This document shows positions 1 to 9,674 of a stretch of 64,000 bases of DNA, piece by piece. The translations under genes and the position numbers were made by a program. Location: assembly GCA_963708185.1 (NCBI GenBank), contig OY970195.1:608001-672000 (forward strand), written 5' to 3'. The stretch is from Candidatus Peregrinibacteria bacterium (GTDB lineage Bacteria > Patescibacteriota > Gracilibacteria > UBA1369). Position 1 is the stretch's first letter. The number at the start of each line of letters is the position of its first letter. Under the pieces are notes generated by a model, which worked only from the letters and a program-made list of their open reading frames with translations, was not told where the DNA came from and made no database searches.

Positions 1-519
1 CAAGTTACCGTTCAACCCTTGCTGAGTCCCCCACTTCCAGACGCTCTTTCTCGCGTTACCAAAAAGACGTTCGGCTTGTATGTATCGCCGGGAAACTCTC
101 CGGTGAGTCCGGAAAAATTCCAGGGCTATCATACCGGCGTGGATTTTGAAACTTTTCCCGACGAACAGGAGGTTGACGTTCCCGTGAGCGCGGTCTGCAG
201 CGGTCCGCTCGTGATGAAAAAGGTCGCGACCGGCTATGGCGGCGTCGCCGTCCAGCAATGTACGCTCGACGGCCAGGATGTCACCATCGTCTACGGTCAT
301 CTCCGTTTTACCAGCATCAAACCCGCGGTCCACGACCAGCTCCAGGCCGGTCAAACGTTCGCGGTTCTGGGGACGGGCTACAGCAGCGAAACCGACGGTG
401 AACGTAAACATCTTCACCTGGGAATTCACAAAGGCACGACCATCAATATTCTGGGGTACGTTCAAACCAAGGCAGCTTTAAGCCAATGGCTGGACGCGAC
501 GAAGTACCTTTCATTTTAG
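1..519 (+). CDS. M23 family metallopeptidase (5' end probably outside window)
   Basis: HTGVDF, YGHL and HLHLGIH zinc motifs of M23/LytM; frame is open toward the window edge. Confidence 0.85.
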   Translation, partial: QVTVQPLLSPPLPDALSRVTKKTFGLYVSPGNSPVSPEKFQGYHTGVDFETFPDEQEVDVPVSAVCSGPLVMKKVATGYGGVAVQQCTLDGQDVTIVYGHLRFTSIKPAVHDQLQAGQTFAVLGTGYSSETDGERKHLHLGIHKGTTINILGYVQTKAALSQWLDATKYLSF

Positions 520-549
520 TGCCTTGCGTGTTGAAAGTGACACTTCACA

Positions 550-2325
550 CTACGGAGTTAATGACTCGGGCGGGGGTGGAGTGCTCGATTGGTTCGAAGA
601 TGACTGAGGAGCTGTTTGATTCGACGGTGCGCTTGGAACAATTTCCGAAGGGGGTGGAGCAGACGTCGATGTGTTTGATGTTGATGTTGTCGATGACGTT
701 GGAGTTGTCGACGAAGGCTGTGACGGGATCACCGGATCCTGAGGGGATGATGTGTCAGTCGGGGCCGCCGGCTGAGGCTGCGGAGAAAACTGATCTTGAG
801 GTGCGTTTGGCGGCGGCTTAGAACTGTCCGAGGAAGGCGGCTGGGGAGCCGGAGCTATCGAGATTGTTTCCTGCGGTGTGCCGGAGGCATGAACTTTCAC
901 TTTCGGGTGTGTTTCCTGTGTCGGCGTCGACTGTTGAGAGAGGCCGTCAACGGGACAATGGAGCATGTAAAAATCACGGGTAAAGAGCTGGTCCAGGGTG
1001 ATCGATGAAAGATCCGGCTGGGTGCTTGCCTCCTGGGTCGAAGAGAGCGCGAGCTGCTCCTGGGTCGAAGCCTGGGTGTGCTGTTGGGAAGCTTGAGCAG
1101 TCGATGTGGACGAAGTTCCTAGCAGCGGCGCCGTGGATACCTGGCCGGGCTGTGAAAGGATTGCCACCGTATTGTCTCCGTAGATCGTCTTGAGATCCAT
1201 GCAAAGATTTTCAACGTTGTAGCATGCGGTGTTGTTACCGAGATCTTCCTCAAGGGAGGCCTGTTTATCCTTCAGAGTCTGAAGCATGTCCGGCGTTGTT
1301 CCGGGATCTTTTCCGGCTTTGTCGCGCAGGTCATTGAGGAAAAGAAGCTGCCATTTGAGCGAATCGCAGGTTGAGAGTGTACGTCCGCAGGTTTTGTCTT
1401 CGGATTTCTGGACGACGAGATTAAAATATTGGTCCCAGGTTTTGGTTTGCTGTGCCTGGGCTATGCGATCATCATAGACCGCGCAAGGTGAACAATTATT
1501 TTGTTCGGCAACTGCCTGGAGCTGTGTTTTCTTGCTAATATCAGCGGGGTCAATACTCTGACCGAGGGTGAGGATCTGATCGCTGAGCTGGGCACACGTC
1601 GTACACTGTACCGGTTGGATCCCTGCCGTCGGCTGAGTATATGCATCCGGCAGATTCAGGTCAAAGTAGTTGTTGTTGATGTCGCATGCGCAGCGGCTGC
1701 TGATCGGGTCCATTACCTGTCCGGTCGGGCAGGCGTTGAGGGTAATCTGGGTGATATTGGAAAGATCCGTGATTTGAGATGTCTGCTGGCTTTCGGCCCG
1801 GGTTTGTTCCTGCGTCGGAGTAACGGCAGGGGTTTCAAGGTTCGACGGTTGTTCAGCGGCACCCTTCAACTGTTCAGGATTCTGCGGCGGTGGATTGAAA
1901 ACCCCGCTGGAGTACAAACCGATGGCCGTCCCTGCAAGCATCAAGACCACGACGCCGGCCACGATCCATTTCATGGAACCAGAATGAGCCTTTTGGAGCG
2001 GTGCTTCAACGGATTGAGAAGCAACGGCTTCCACGGAAGCGGGTTCGCTTGCAGGAGCCGGCTGGGGAGGTTCCGGGTGAGCTTCAGATTCGGGCGGGGC
2101 CTGTGGTTCCAGTACTTTATCTGACTGTTGAGCCTCTTGTGGTTGGACAGGAGTCGGTTCACTGACCGGGGCTTGTTCCTGAGGCTGAAGGGTTGCCGGC
2201 TGGGATGTTGTCGCCGGCTGGCTGTCATCAAGTGAAAAGACCTTCACCTGCTGTTCTTGAGGTTGAGGAGCTGAAGGCTGGGACGGTTCCGTCTGCTGCA
2301 TTCCTGACTGTTCTTCGTTCTCCAT
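550..2325 (-). CDS. Single-pass membrane protein: P/Q/E-rich N-terminus, Cys-rich extracellular domain, S/T/P-rich tail
   Basis: 591-aa ORF; TM WIVAGVVVLMLAGTAIGLY; paired Cys (CAC, CTTC, CSPC); extended -10 upstream. Confidence 0.8.
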   Translation of the reverse strand: MENEEQSGMQQTEPSQPSAPQPQEQQVKVFSLDDSQPATTSQPATLQPQEQAPVSEPTPVQPQEAQQSDKVLEPQAPPESEAHPEPPQPAPASEPASVEAVASQSVEAPLQKAHSGSMKWIVAGVVVLMLAGTAIGLYSSGVFNPPPQNPEQLKGAAEQPSNLETPAVTPTQEQTRAESQQTSQITDLSNITQITLNACPTGQVMDPISSRCACDINNNYFDLNLPDAYTQPTAGIQPVQCTTCAQLSDQILTLGQSIDPADISKKTQLQAVAEQNNCSPCAVYDDRIAQAQQTKTWDQYFNLVVQKSEDKTCGRTLSTCDSLKWQLLFLNDLRDKAGKDPGTTPDMLQTLKDKQASLEEDLGNNTACYNVENLCMDLKTIYGDNTVAILSQPGQVSTAPLLGTSSTSTAQASQQHTQASTQEQLALSSTQEASTQPDLSSITLDQLFTRDFYMLHCPVDGLSQQSTPTQETHPKVKVHASGTPQETISIAPAPQPPSSDSSKPPPNAPQDQFSPQPQPAAPTDTSSPQDPVIPSQPSSTTPTSSTTSTSNTSTSAPPPSEIVPSAPSNQTAPQSSSNQSSTPPPPESLTP

Positions 2326-2350
2326 TATTTTTTATTTTAGGTATCGTTAA

Positions 2351-2359
2351 ATTATAACA
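2351..2359 (-). promoter_or_regulatory. Extended -10 promoter (TGTTATAAT) for the 591-aa gene
   Basis: Consensus TGnTATAAT about 25 nt upstream of the ATG at 2325. Confidence 0.6.
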
Positions 2360-2382
2360 TAAAATATGCTTTTAAACAATTT

Positions 2383-2409
2383 AAAAGGCCCTGATGTTCA
2401 GGGCCTTTC
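2383..2409 (-). terminator. Rho-independent terminator after the PKD genes and the small ORF
   Basis: AAAGGCCCTGA-TGT-TCAGGGCCTTT hairpin with T-run on the minus strand. Confidence 0.7.
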
Positions 2410-2431
2410 GTGTTGTATTGAAGCCATTTTT

Positions 2432-2548
2432 CTAAGCTTTCACTCCGAGGCTCAGATACGGGAGGATAGCTGCCAAAAGGATCATGAGAATCGTGGCGAT
2501 TCCCACGGCTTTAATGATCTTCTTTTGTCTCCTGGTGTGCGTGCTCAT
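2432..2548 (-). CDS. Small single-TM membrane protein, 38 aa (not in ORF track)
   Basis: Hand translation MSTHTRRQKKIIKAVGIATILMILLAAILPYLSLGVKA*; starts 11 nt after the upstream stop and ends before the terminator. Confidence 0.65.
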   Translation of the reverse strand: MSTHTRRQKKIIKAVGIATILMILLAAILPYLSLGVKA

Positions 2549-2559
2549 GCTTGTTGAGG

Positions 2560-4911
2560 TTACTGAACAGTACCGGTGACCAGAATGTCCATGGTGAAGC
2601 TATCAACGACGTTCTGGTTGTCGGCCACCTCCAATTTTACAGTATAACTTCCTGCGTTGGCAAAGGTATGGGTCGGCTTTCGGGTTCTGGAGGTCTGTCC
2701 ATCGCCGAAATCCCAATTGTAACTTGCAACAGTGCCGGTCGAACAGCGTGGATCAAAATCCACGGTCAACGGTGCTGCACCCTGTGTCGTGCTTGCTTCA
2801 AAACAGGATTTTAAAGGCACCGGGCGTACGTTGACCTGTGTTTGAGCGGTTGACTTGGACCCGTCGGATGCGATGGCTGTTACCTTCGCGGTAAATGTTC
2901 CGATCTGATTGTATTTGTAGGTAACCTTGGAAACGTCGATGCGTTTCGGTGTACCGTCGCCGAAGTCCCATTCATAACTGACGATCTGTCCAGTTGGATA
3001 GCTCGATCCCGAAGCGTCGAAGGTCACGGTCAATGGAACGACACCCTCAATCGGATCCGCGACCACGCGGGCCTGAATTCCCTGAGCAGCGACTTTCACA
3101 ACCATGACCGTACTTGCGGTTTTATTTTGAGCATCATAAACGGTGAGGGTCGCGTTGTAGGTTCCGGCCGTGTTATACACGTAGCTTACCTGTTTTCCTG
3201 AATCGTCGATCTTGCCGTCTCCGTCAAAATCCCATTTGTAATCGACGATGGACCCGTTGTCTTCCTTGCTCGGGGAGCCGTCGAAATTCACCTGGAACGG
3301 AACGGTGCCGCTGATATAGCCGTCTCCCTGTTTTGCTTCGGTTGGAACGGTCGTAAAAGACGCGATCGGTGCTCCGGTCGGTTTTTCAAGCGTAAGGGTT
3401 TGCGTCGTCTGGTTCTTGGTTCCTTTGGCGTCAGTAACGGTCAAACTTACGACGTAATCGCCCGGATCTTTATAAACGTGCGTTGCGGTACGGGTGGTGG
3501 CGTGAGGAGTCTGATCTCCGAAATCCCATTCGTAACTGTTAATCTGACCGTTCGGGCTGGAAGATTTTTCACCTGAAAAATTGTATTGGGTTCCGGTGTA
3601 GTAGTGCCCGTCCTGTGTGGGAACATCAATCACCGCTGTCGGAAGGTTCGGTCCCTGGACGGTGATGTCGTGGGAAATTACCGCGTACTGTCCGGTGTTA
3701 TCGGTTACGCGAAGGTTCACGGTGTAGGTTCCGACTTTGTCAAAAGTGTGCTGGATGGTCGCCCCGGAACCGCCGTTAAAAGTATTGGTATTGTCAAAAT
3801 CCCAATCGTAAGCCTGAATTTCACCGGCGGGAGCACTCGATGCGGAAGCGTCAAAACTGACGTTCAACGGTGCGGGACCGGTATCCGGTGTCGCCGTAAA
3901 GTCGGCGTTCAGTTTCACGTTGGAAATGGTGACGATGGTACTGAAAGTCTGGGTCGTCTCTTCTCCGGTAGCTGAGTTTTGAAGGTCGACGTTCACCTTA
4001 ACGTCAAAGCGTCCGTTGTTTTTTCCGCGGTCTTTATAGGTATGGGACGGAGACTGGACCGTGGAAGTTTCCCCATCGCCAAAATCCCACAAAAAAGCCA
4101 AAATCTGGTATGTCCTTGTATCGAGCGGAAGTTTGGTCCCGTCAAACTTGATGGTTACGGGAGCGGTGAGTCCGAGTGTTGTCGCGGGGTCGGTAACGAT
4201 TCCGACCTGTTGCGTCTGTTGAGGTATGATGACTTTTTTGGAACTCATGTAGAGATAAATTCCAACCCAGATGAAGACCATGAAAATAAGGAGCAAACCC
4301 GAAGCACCAGCCAGGGTCAAACCTCCTTTGCGGCCTTCCTTGTCTTCTTTTCTGGCCATTGCCGCGCGGAAAATACCCACGATGGCAATGATGAAAAGGA
4401 TGATCGAGAAGAATCCAAAAATAACATTCACCAGGGTGATGAGCGAGTTGATGAATGTTGCAGGGTCAAGGCCGAGTGATCTTGCCATGGCGTTATCCCC
4501 TGTCGGCGAAGTTTGGGCTACGAAAATAAGTACAAAAAGAACAAACAATAAAATCGAACATCCAAAACATCCAACAGTCCAATACAAAAGCCTTCTGGCG
4601 CTTGGCGGTTTCCGTACGCCGGGTTTTTGTGCGCCGGGCTGGCCGGGACGCATTCCCGGGCGCATTGGTTGGCCTGGGCGCTGCATCTGTGGCTGCATAG
4701 GGCGCTGTTGATATTGCGGCTGTTGCATGGCCGGCCTTTGCATTTGCTGTTGTGGCTGCTGCTGCATTGGTTGAGCAGGCCGCTGCATTTGCGGCTGCAT
4801 TGGTTGCTGCGGCTGCATCCCCGGCTGTTGGGGTTGTTGGGCACCGCCGCCTGTGGATGGCACTCCGCCTGAACTTTGATTGCCGGGATTATTTGGATTT
4901 GTTTCTGGCAT
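2560..4911 (-). CDS. PKD-repeat surface protein (Q/P/M-rich N-terminus, 3 TM, 6 PKD domains)
   Basis: Six WDFGDG/WDFD...HTF/Y...GxYxVxLxVxD PKD motifs; three hydrophobic helices; overlaps the upstream gene by 23 nt. Confidence 0.9.
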   Translation of the reverse strand: MPETNPNNPGNQSSGGVPSTGGGAQQPQQPGMQPQQPMQPQMQRPAQPMQQQPQQQMQRPAMQQPQYQQRPMQPQMQRPGQPMRPGMRPGQPGAQKPGVRKPPSARRLLYWTVGCFGCSILLFVLFVLIFVAQTSPTGDNAMARSLGLDPATFINSLITLVNVIFGFFSIILFIIAIVGIFRAAMARKEDKEGRKGGLTLAGASGLLLIFMVFIWVGIYLYMSSKKVIIPQQTQQVGIVTDPATTLGLTAPVTIKFDGTKLPLDTRTYQILAFLWDFGDGETSTVQSPSHTYKDRGKNNGRFDVKVNVDLQNSATGEETTQTFSTIVTISNVKLNADFTATPDTGPAPLNVSFDASASSAPAGEIQAYDWDFDNTNTFNGGSGATIQHTFDKVGTYTVNLRVTDNTGQYAVISHDITVQGPNLPTAVIDVPTQDGHYYTGTQYNFSGEKSSSPNGQINSYEWDFGDQTPHATTRTATHVYKDPGDYVVSLTVTDAKGTKNQTTQTLTLEKPTGAPIASFTTVPTEAKQGDGYISGTVPFQVNFDGSPSKEDNGSIVDYKWDFDGDGKIDDSGKQVSYVYNTAGTYNATLTVYDAQNKTASTVMVVKVAAQGIQARVVADPIEGVVPLTVTFDASGSSYPTGQIVSYEWDFGDGTPKRIDVSKVTYKYNQIGTFTAKVTAIASDGSKSTAQTQVNVRPVPLKSCFEASTTQGAAPLTVDFDPRCSTGTVASYNWDFGDGQTSRTRKPTHTFANAGSYTVKLEVADNQNVVDSFTMDILVTGTVQ

Positions 4912-7900
4912 GTTTCTTTTTGTTTAAGGTATTTATAATAAATATACCAAAACCGCCTACAGATACAAGCAGGAGCGGCCAATCGACCACTTCATACCCG
5001 GAAAGCACGAACGCCTGGAGTTGGTTCGCAGGTTGTCCTCCTCCGCCTGTTGGTGTTGGCGTTGTTCCGGCCGGTGCCGGCTGCGGATCAAAGACGATGC
5101 TTTTGTCCACGGTTTTTTTATTGCCGGCGGCATCAACGACAGTAAGCCTTACGCTGTCAACACCGTAGCTTCTAAAAAACGGCGTCGTCCAGCTTCCCGG
5201 CTTATCGGTCTTGTAATCTTCATCGTCGGCAGGATTTCCGTTGCCGTTGGAATCGTAAAAGATGTTTTTATCAATAATATAGGAGGTGATGTTTCCCTGT
5301 GATCCTGAAAAATCCAGGGTAACGTTCGCACTGTCCCCTTGCAGGTGGACCTTCCCGTCCGCCACACTCGTTGCCGGCGTGGTAATCAAACGGGCATCCA
5401 GAGGTGCGGCCTGTTGTGTTTGAACAGCAACCGGAGCTTTCACATTCACGAAGTTCGTGACGGAGTTGCTGCTGCCCTGATCGTCGGTGACGGTGAGTTT
5501 TACCCTGTAAATACCGTAATCGGGATATTCGAAGGTCGGTGCGGCGTCACTGGACTGGATATCGTTGTCCTTGATGCCGTCTCCGTTCGAATCAGTATTG
5601 ACGTCAAAATCCCAGGCGTACGTTTTCAACGTTGCGCCGTTTTCAGTATCAGCCTTCGAGTTGTTGGTGAACTGGATTTTCTTGCCGTCGAGCTGAGTAG
5701 AGGTGAAGGCGGCGACCGGCGGTCCTGATGCGGCATCAACGAAAATCGTTACCGGATCGGAAATCGATTCGGCACCATTGTTGTCGCGGACCTTCAAACG
5801 GACCTTAAATCCGTTTTTGTTCGGATTCTTGAAGGTATAGCTCACATTGGCCTTGTCGTAAGTCTGGTCTCCCGGATCGGTATATCCCTGACCTTCAAAA
5901 TTCCACATATAACTGACGATCTTGCCGCCTTTGTCCGGATCGGTTGAACTTGAACTGAAGTTCACGCTGTCTCCGACAAAAATGTTGGTATGATCCACGC
6001 TGAATTTGGAGATCGGAGCTTTGTTCGGACCATTGGTAACGTCGATACTCGGAATCAAAGCTTCATTGAAATCTTTGCTGGAATCAAATTTGTCGTTTTC
6101 GTTGTCGGTGGCGATCACCCCGAATTTATAGGTTTTTTTCTGACCTTCTTCACCGTTGGTTCCGATGGTCATGGTCACGCTCGGGTTCTGGTTGATCTGG
6201 ACACCAAGCTGGGTCCCGGGATCGTTCACGTCATAATACCACCACTTGTAACTGACGATTTTCCCGTCGGGATCTATCGCTCCCTGAGCTGACACATTGA
6301 CTTGTAGCGGAGTCACAAGGTTGGCACTTATCGGAATAGCACTTATGCCACTGATGACCGGAGGCAGTCGTTTGATGCTGATCGTCACGGTGTCTTCCGG
6401 TGAAGATTTTCCAGTATCGATATCTGAAACTTTCAATTTAACGGTAAAATTTTTGGATTTCTGGTCACCGATATCTTTAAAGGTATGTGTTACGGTTTTC
6501 TTGTCACTCTTCGGACTGCCGTCACCGAAATCCCAACTATAGTTGAGGTTGCGACCGGTACCATCGATATTCAAAGATTTACCGGCGTCAAAGGTAAAGA
6601 CCGAGGTACGATTTCCTTCGATTGTACTGCTGGTATCGCTGATATTCTGGCCATCCATATTGACGCTGATGGCGGCGATGGCACTGTCGGACGAACCTAT
6701 GAAGACTTTGCGATATGTTGCATTGCCATTATCCTGCGTATCGTAAACGGTGAGTTTCGCCTTGAATGCTCCGGCCTGGGTGTAGGTGTGCTTAACGACC
6801 GCGACGCCACCTGTGATATTCCCTTCTTCTTTGCCATTATCACCGGTATCGATTCTGTAAGCGACCCCATTGTCACTTTTTACGTTAAAAGTCACGTCAG
6901 CGCTGCCATCCACAAGCTGAGCTGTCAGCGGAGATCCATCATCGCTCCAACCGACATCGAGATCGTTGGTAACAGTTAGCTGCTGTTCCTGTGGAACGCT
7001 GTTGTTCGGATCCGCAGGATCCTGGACGTCGAGCGTTACGGTGTAGTTGCCTTTCTTGAGTTTGATTTGGATACGGCCGTCGGCATCATTGTAACCGTTT
7101 GTTCCTTCGTTGCCGAGCTGGATACAATCGCTTCCGGTGGTTTCGTAGCCTCCAGTGCCACCCGTATTTGCTTTATAATAGGTGCAGTCGCCGGGAGCGG
7201 CATTTACTTCCCATTTATACTGAAGTTTTTCATCAGGAGTTCCGTCAGGGTCGTAACTCCCCGTACCGTCGAGGCTGTAAAGGTTGGGATGGGTCGGATC
7301 CGTGTTCTTAGCAATGAACTGTGCGACCGGAGGTTTGGATTTCATTTTGAGCGGGATGTCGGTCGTGGCAGTAGTACTGCCGTTATCGACTGTAAGCCCC
7401 ACATCGTAGCTTCCCGGTGCGTTGAAGGTATAATTGAAAGCGTCGGCCGTTTGGACCGGAGGCGTGAAATCTGTCGGAATGGTTCCTTGGCTGTTTTTGA
7501 GCGTCCAGTCGTATTTCGTAATCGGGCCGCCGTCGCTGGCCGAGAGAGACTGGAACTGGTACTGGTCACCAAGTTGGCCGAACTGTCCCGGCGTGACCTG
7601 GATTCTGGATACGAGCGAACTGACGATGACATTAAAAATCTTACGGTCAACGATGCCGCGATCGTCGGTCACTTCCAAAGTGACGCGGTAGGTTCCTTCT
7701 TTATTATATTTAACGCCCTGGACGGTGGACTTGCTGTCGGGCGGACCTTCCTGAGTATTATCGGGGTTGGTTTTATCTCCGAAATCCCATTTTACTTTGG
7801 CCTGGCCTCCGGCATTTTTGAGAAGGATATCGCCTTTGGCGCCGACTTTCGTATTTGAAGCGTCAAACTTGATGCCCTGCTGTGCTTCGGTCAATGTGAT

Positions 7901-9613
7901 CGGAAGATTCTGCATGTTGGTTGTCTGTACTCCGTTGGTATATGCGGATAATATTAACGGTTCCTGGACGTCTGAAACATTTGCCGTCAATGCAATCTGT
8001 GCGACGGCCGGTTTCACAATGATGGTCTGATAGGCAATGCCGTCTGCCGGCTGCTGTTCTCCTTTGCCCTGATCTGCTTTCGGTGCTTTGATGCTGAGTT
8101 TAACAATGTAGGTGCCAGGGTTCTGGAAAACATGGGTCACTCCTGCACCGATTGCCGTGTTGTCGGCACTACCGATATCACCAAAATCCCACTGGTAACA
8201 TCCGTTCTGTGATCCGCTGTTACAGTTGGCGTTTGCCGCCGGATCGATGGTGTGGTTGTTGGGATCAAGTGACTTGAGACCGTCGAAGTTGACCGGCAAC
8301 GGGGCGTTGCCTTCGGTCTTGTCCGCGGTAATAACGGTATAAACGAACTGGAGATCTTTCACGAGGTCGTACAGTTTGCTGAGATCGTTCACGACCTGGA
8401 GAATTGCCGCATTGTTCGGTGTTCCTGCAATGGTATAGGCTGGCGTAGCCTGGGCAAATGCCTTATTCACAAAAAGTTGCATCCATCGAGAAGGATTCAC
8501 GAATGCAGTTGCCGGAAGATTCGGCACGAGCTGTTTGAGGTCTCCCAGGACGATCGTGAATTGATTGTCCACCGCCGGAAGAGCCGCCGCCTGTTTGATC
8601 TGGTTCTGTAATTTCAAGAGTGTATCGTTGGCTTTGACCACAGCCTGGGCGAAATCCTGTTTGTTGGCCTCAGTCATACCGGCAGTCCCGAATTGTGCAT
8701 CAAACTCGCTTTTAATATTGTCGTAGTTCACTCCCAGGTCTTTCCAAAAAGAAGACCAGTCTGTGGTTTGTTCTTTGCTGTTAGCGATCTGATCCAGTGC
8801 CGAGTTGGAGAGATTGATGTATTTATCGATCAAGACAAGTCCGGCCTGTCCCTTTTCCGCGATCTGGCTTAAGGCACCGGCTTTCGTGATGATATTAATC
8901 AGAATCTGGCGTTTTTGCTGGAGATTTGACTTAAAGGAATTCGCGTCACTGGTTCCGAGAATGCTCGAAAAAGCATCGACATTGGAAAGTGTCGCGAGAT
9001 CTGTATTGATTTCACTGTAGTTCTGGTACGCGGTGACGAAATCACGTGCGACCGTCTGGACCACGCTGCCGGCATACGCGAAGAGTGCCTGACGCTGTGC
9101 GTTCTGGTCTCCCGTTCCGCTCGGTGCTGAACCGTTATTTGCTCCCTGATCTGTTCCACCTCCTGCGAGAAGTACGGTGTTCACCAACGCAAACGATGAC
9201 AGGATGATCAAAATACCGATAATGGCATAGGTCAGAGCTTTTTTGCCTTTCCCTGCCTGTTCTTCCTTCCCGGCTGCGGTAACGTAGAGAAAACCTCCGT
9301 AAATCACCACCACCACAGCGATGATGCCGAGGAATCCGAGTCCGAAGTTCACGACGTTCTTGATGTACTGGCGCAGGTCTGTGTTCTGGGCCAGGCCCGG
9401 AGCGTACTGTGACGCTTCAGGAGCGGAAAGTGTTCCGCTGAATTCGGTAAAACTGGTGGTTTCGGTTCCGCAGGAGAAGAACCCTCCAGTACTTTGGGAG
9501 ATGTCGCCGCAAAGATCCGCGAAAGCGAAACTCGGCAGTGCGAGGGACAGGAATGCCGTCAACGACAGCAGAATTGCCAGTATTTTGTGTTTGTATGGTG
9601 TGGTGGTACCCAT
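4889..9613 (-). CDS. Giant surface protein: N-terminal TrbC/VirB2-like pilin domain, about 10 PKD/Ig-like domains, C-terminal TM
   Basis: Signal peptide; pilin hairpin IYGGFLYVTAAGKEEQAGKGKKALTYAIIG; repeated WDFGD motifs; DSNGDG/DSNGNG Ca-type loops; C-terminal hydrophobic stretch plus basic tail. Confidence 0.9.
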   Translation of the reverse strand: MGTTTPYKHKILAILLSLTAFLSLALPSFAFADLCGDISQSTGGFFSCGTETTSFTEFSGTLSAPEASQYAPGLAQNTDLRQYIKNVVNFGLGFLGIIAVVVVIYGGFLYVTAAGKEEQAGKGKKALTYAIIGILIILSSFALVNTVLLAGGGTDQGANNGSAPSGTGDQNAQRQALFAYAGSVVQTVARDFVTAYQNYSEINTDLATLSNVDAFSSILGTSDANSFKSNLQQKRQILINIITKAGALSQIAEKGQAGLVLIDKYINLSNSALDQIANSKEQTTDWSSFWKDLGVNYDNIKSEFDAQFGTAGMTEANKQDFAQAVVKANDTLLKLQNQIKQAAALPAVDNQFTIVLGDLKQLVPNLPATAFVNPSRWMQLFVNKAFAQATPAYTIAGTPNNAAILQVVNDLSKLYDLVKDLQFVYTVITADKTEGNAPLPVNFDGLKSLDPNNHTIDPAANANCNSGSQNGCYQWDFGDIGSADNTAIGAGVTHVFQNPGTYIVKLSIKAPKADQGKGEQQPADGIAYQTIIVKPAVAQIALTANVSDVQEPLILSAYTNGVQTTNMQNLPITLTEAQQGIKFDASNTKVGAKGDILLKNAGGQAKVKWDFGDKTNPDNTQEGPPDSKSTVQGVKYNKEGTYRVTLEVTDDRGIVDRKIFNVIVSSLVSRIQVTPGQFGQLGDQYQFQSLSASDGGPITKYDWTLKNSQGTIPTDFTPPVQTADAFNYTFNAPGSYDVGLTVDNGSTTATTDIPLKMKSKPPVAQFIAKNTDPTHPNLYSLDGTGSYDPDGTPDEKLQYKWEVNAAPGDCTYYKANTGGTGGYETTGSDCIQLGNEGTNGYNDADGRIQIKLKKGNYTVTLDVQDPADPNNSVPQEQQLTVTNDLDVGWSDDGSPLTAQLVDGSADVTFNVKSDNGVAYRIDTGDNGKEEGNITGGVAVVKHTYTQAGAFKAKLTVYDTQDNGNATYRKVFIGSSDSAIAAISVNMDGQNISDTSSTIEGNRTSVFTFDAGKSLNIDGTGRNLNYSWDFGDGSPKSDKKTVTHTFKDIGDQKSKNFTVKLKVSDIDTGKSSPEDTVTISIKRLPPVISGISAIPISANLVTPLQVNVSAQGAIDPDGKIVSYKWWYYDVNDPGTQLGVQINQNPSVTMTIGTNGEEGQKKTYKFGVIATDNENDKFDSSKDFNEALIPSIDVTNGPNKAPISKFSVDHTNIFVGDSVNFSSSSTDPDKGGKIVSYMWNFEGQGYTDPGDQTYDKANVSYTFKNPNKNGFKVRLKVRDNNGAESISDPVTIFVDAASGPPVAAFTSTQLDGKKIQFTNNSKADTENGATLKTYAWDFDVNTDSNGDGIKDNDIQSSDAAPTFEYPDYGIYRVKLTVTDDQGSSNSVTNFVNVKAPVAVQTQQAAPLDARLITTPATSVADGKVHLQGDSANVTLDFSGSQGNITSYIIDKNIFYDSNGNGNPADDEDYKTDKPGSWTTPFFRSYGVDSVRLTVVDAAGNKKTVDKSIVFDPQPAPAGTTPTPTGGGGQPANQLQAFVLSGYEVVDWPLLLVSVGGFGIFIINTLNKKKHARNKSK

Positions 9614-9644
9614 AGGTGAGTTTTAAATTTTTATTTATCTAAGT

Positions 9645-9653
9645 ATTTTAGCA
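9645..9653 (-). promoter_or_regulatory. Putative extended -10 (TGCTAAAAT) for the giant pilin-PKD gene
   Basis: Near-consensus TGnTAnAAT about 30 nt upstream of the ATG at 9613. Confidence 0.45.
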
Positions 9654-9674
9654 CACAAACGGCCTTTTGTTCAA

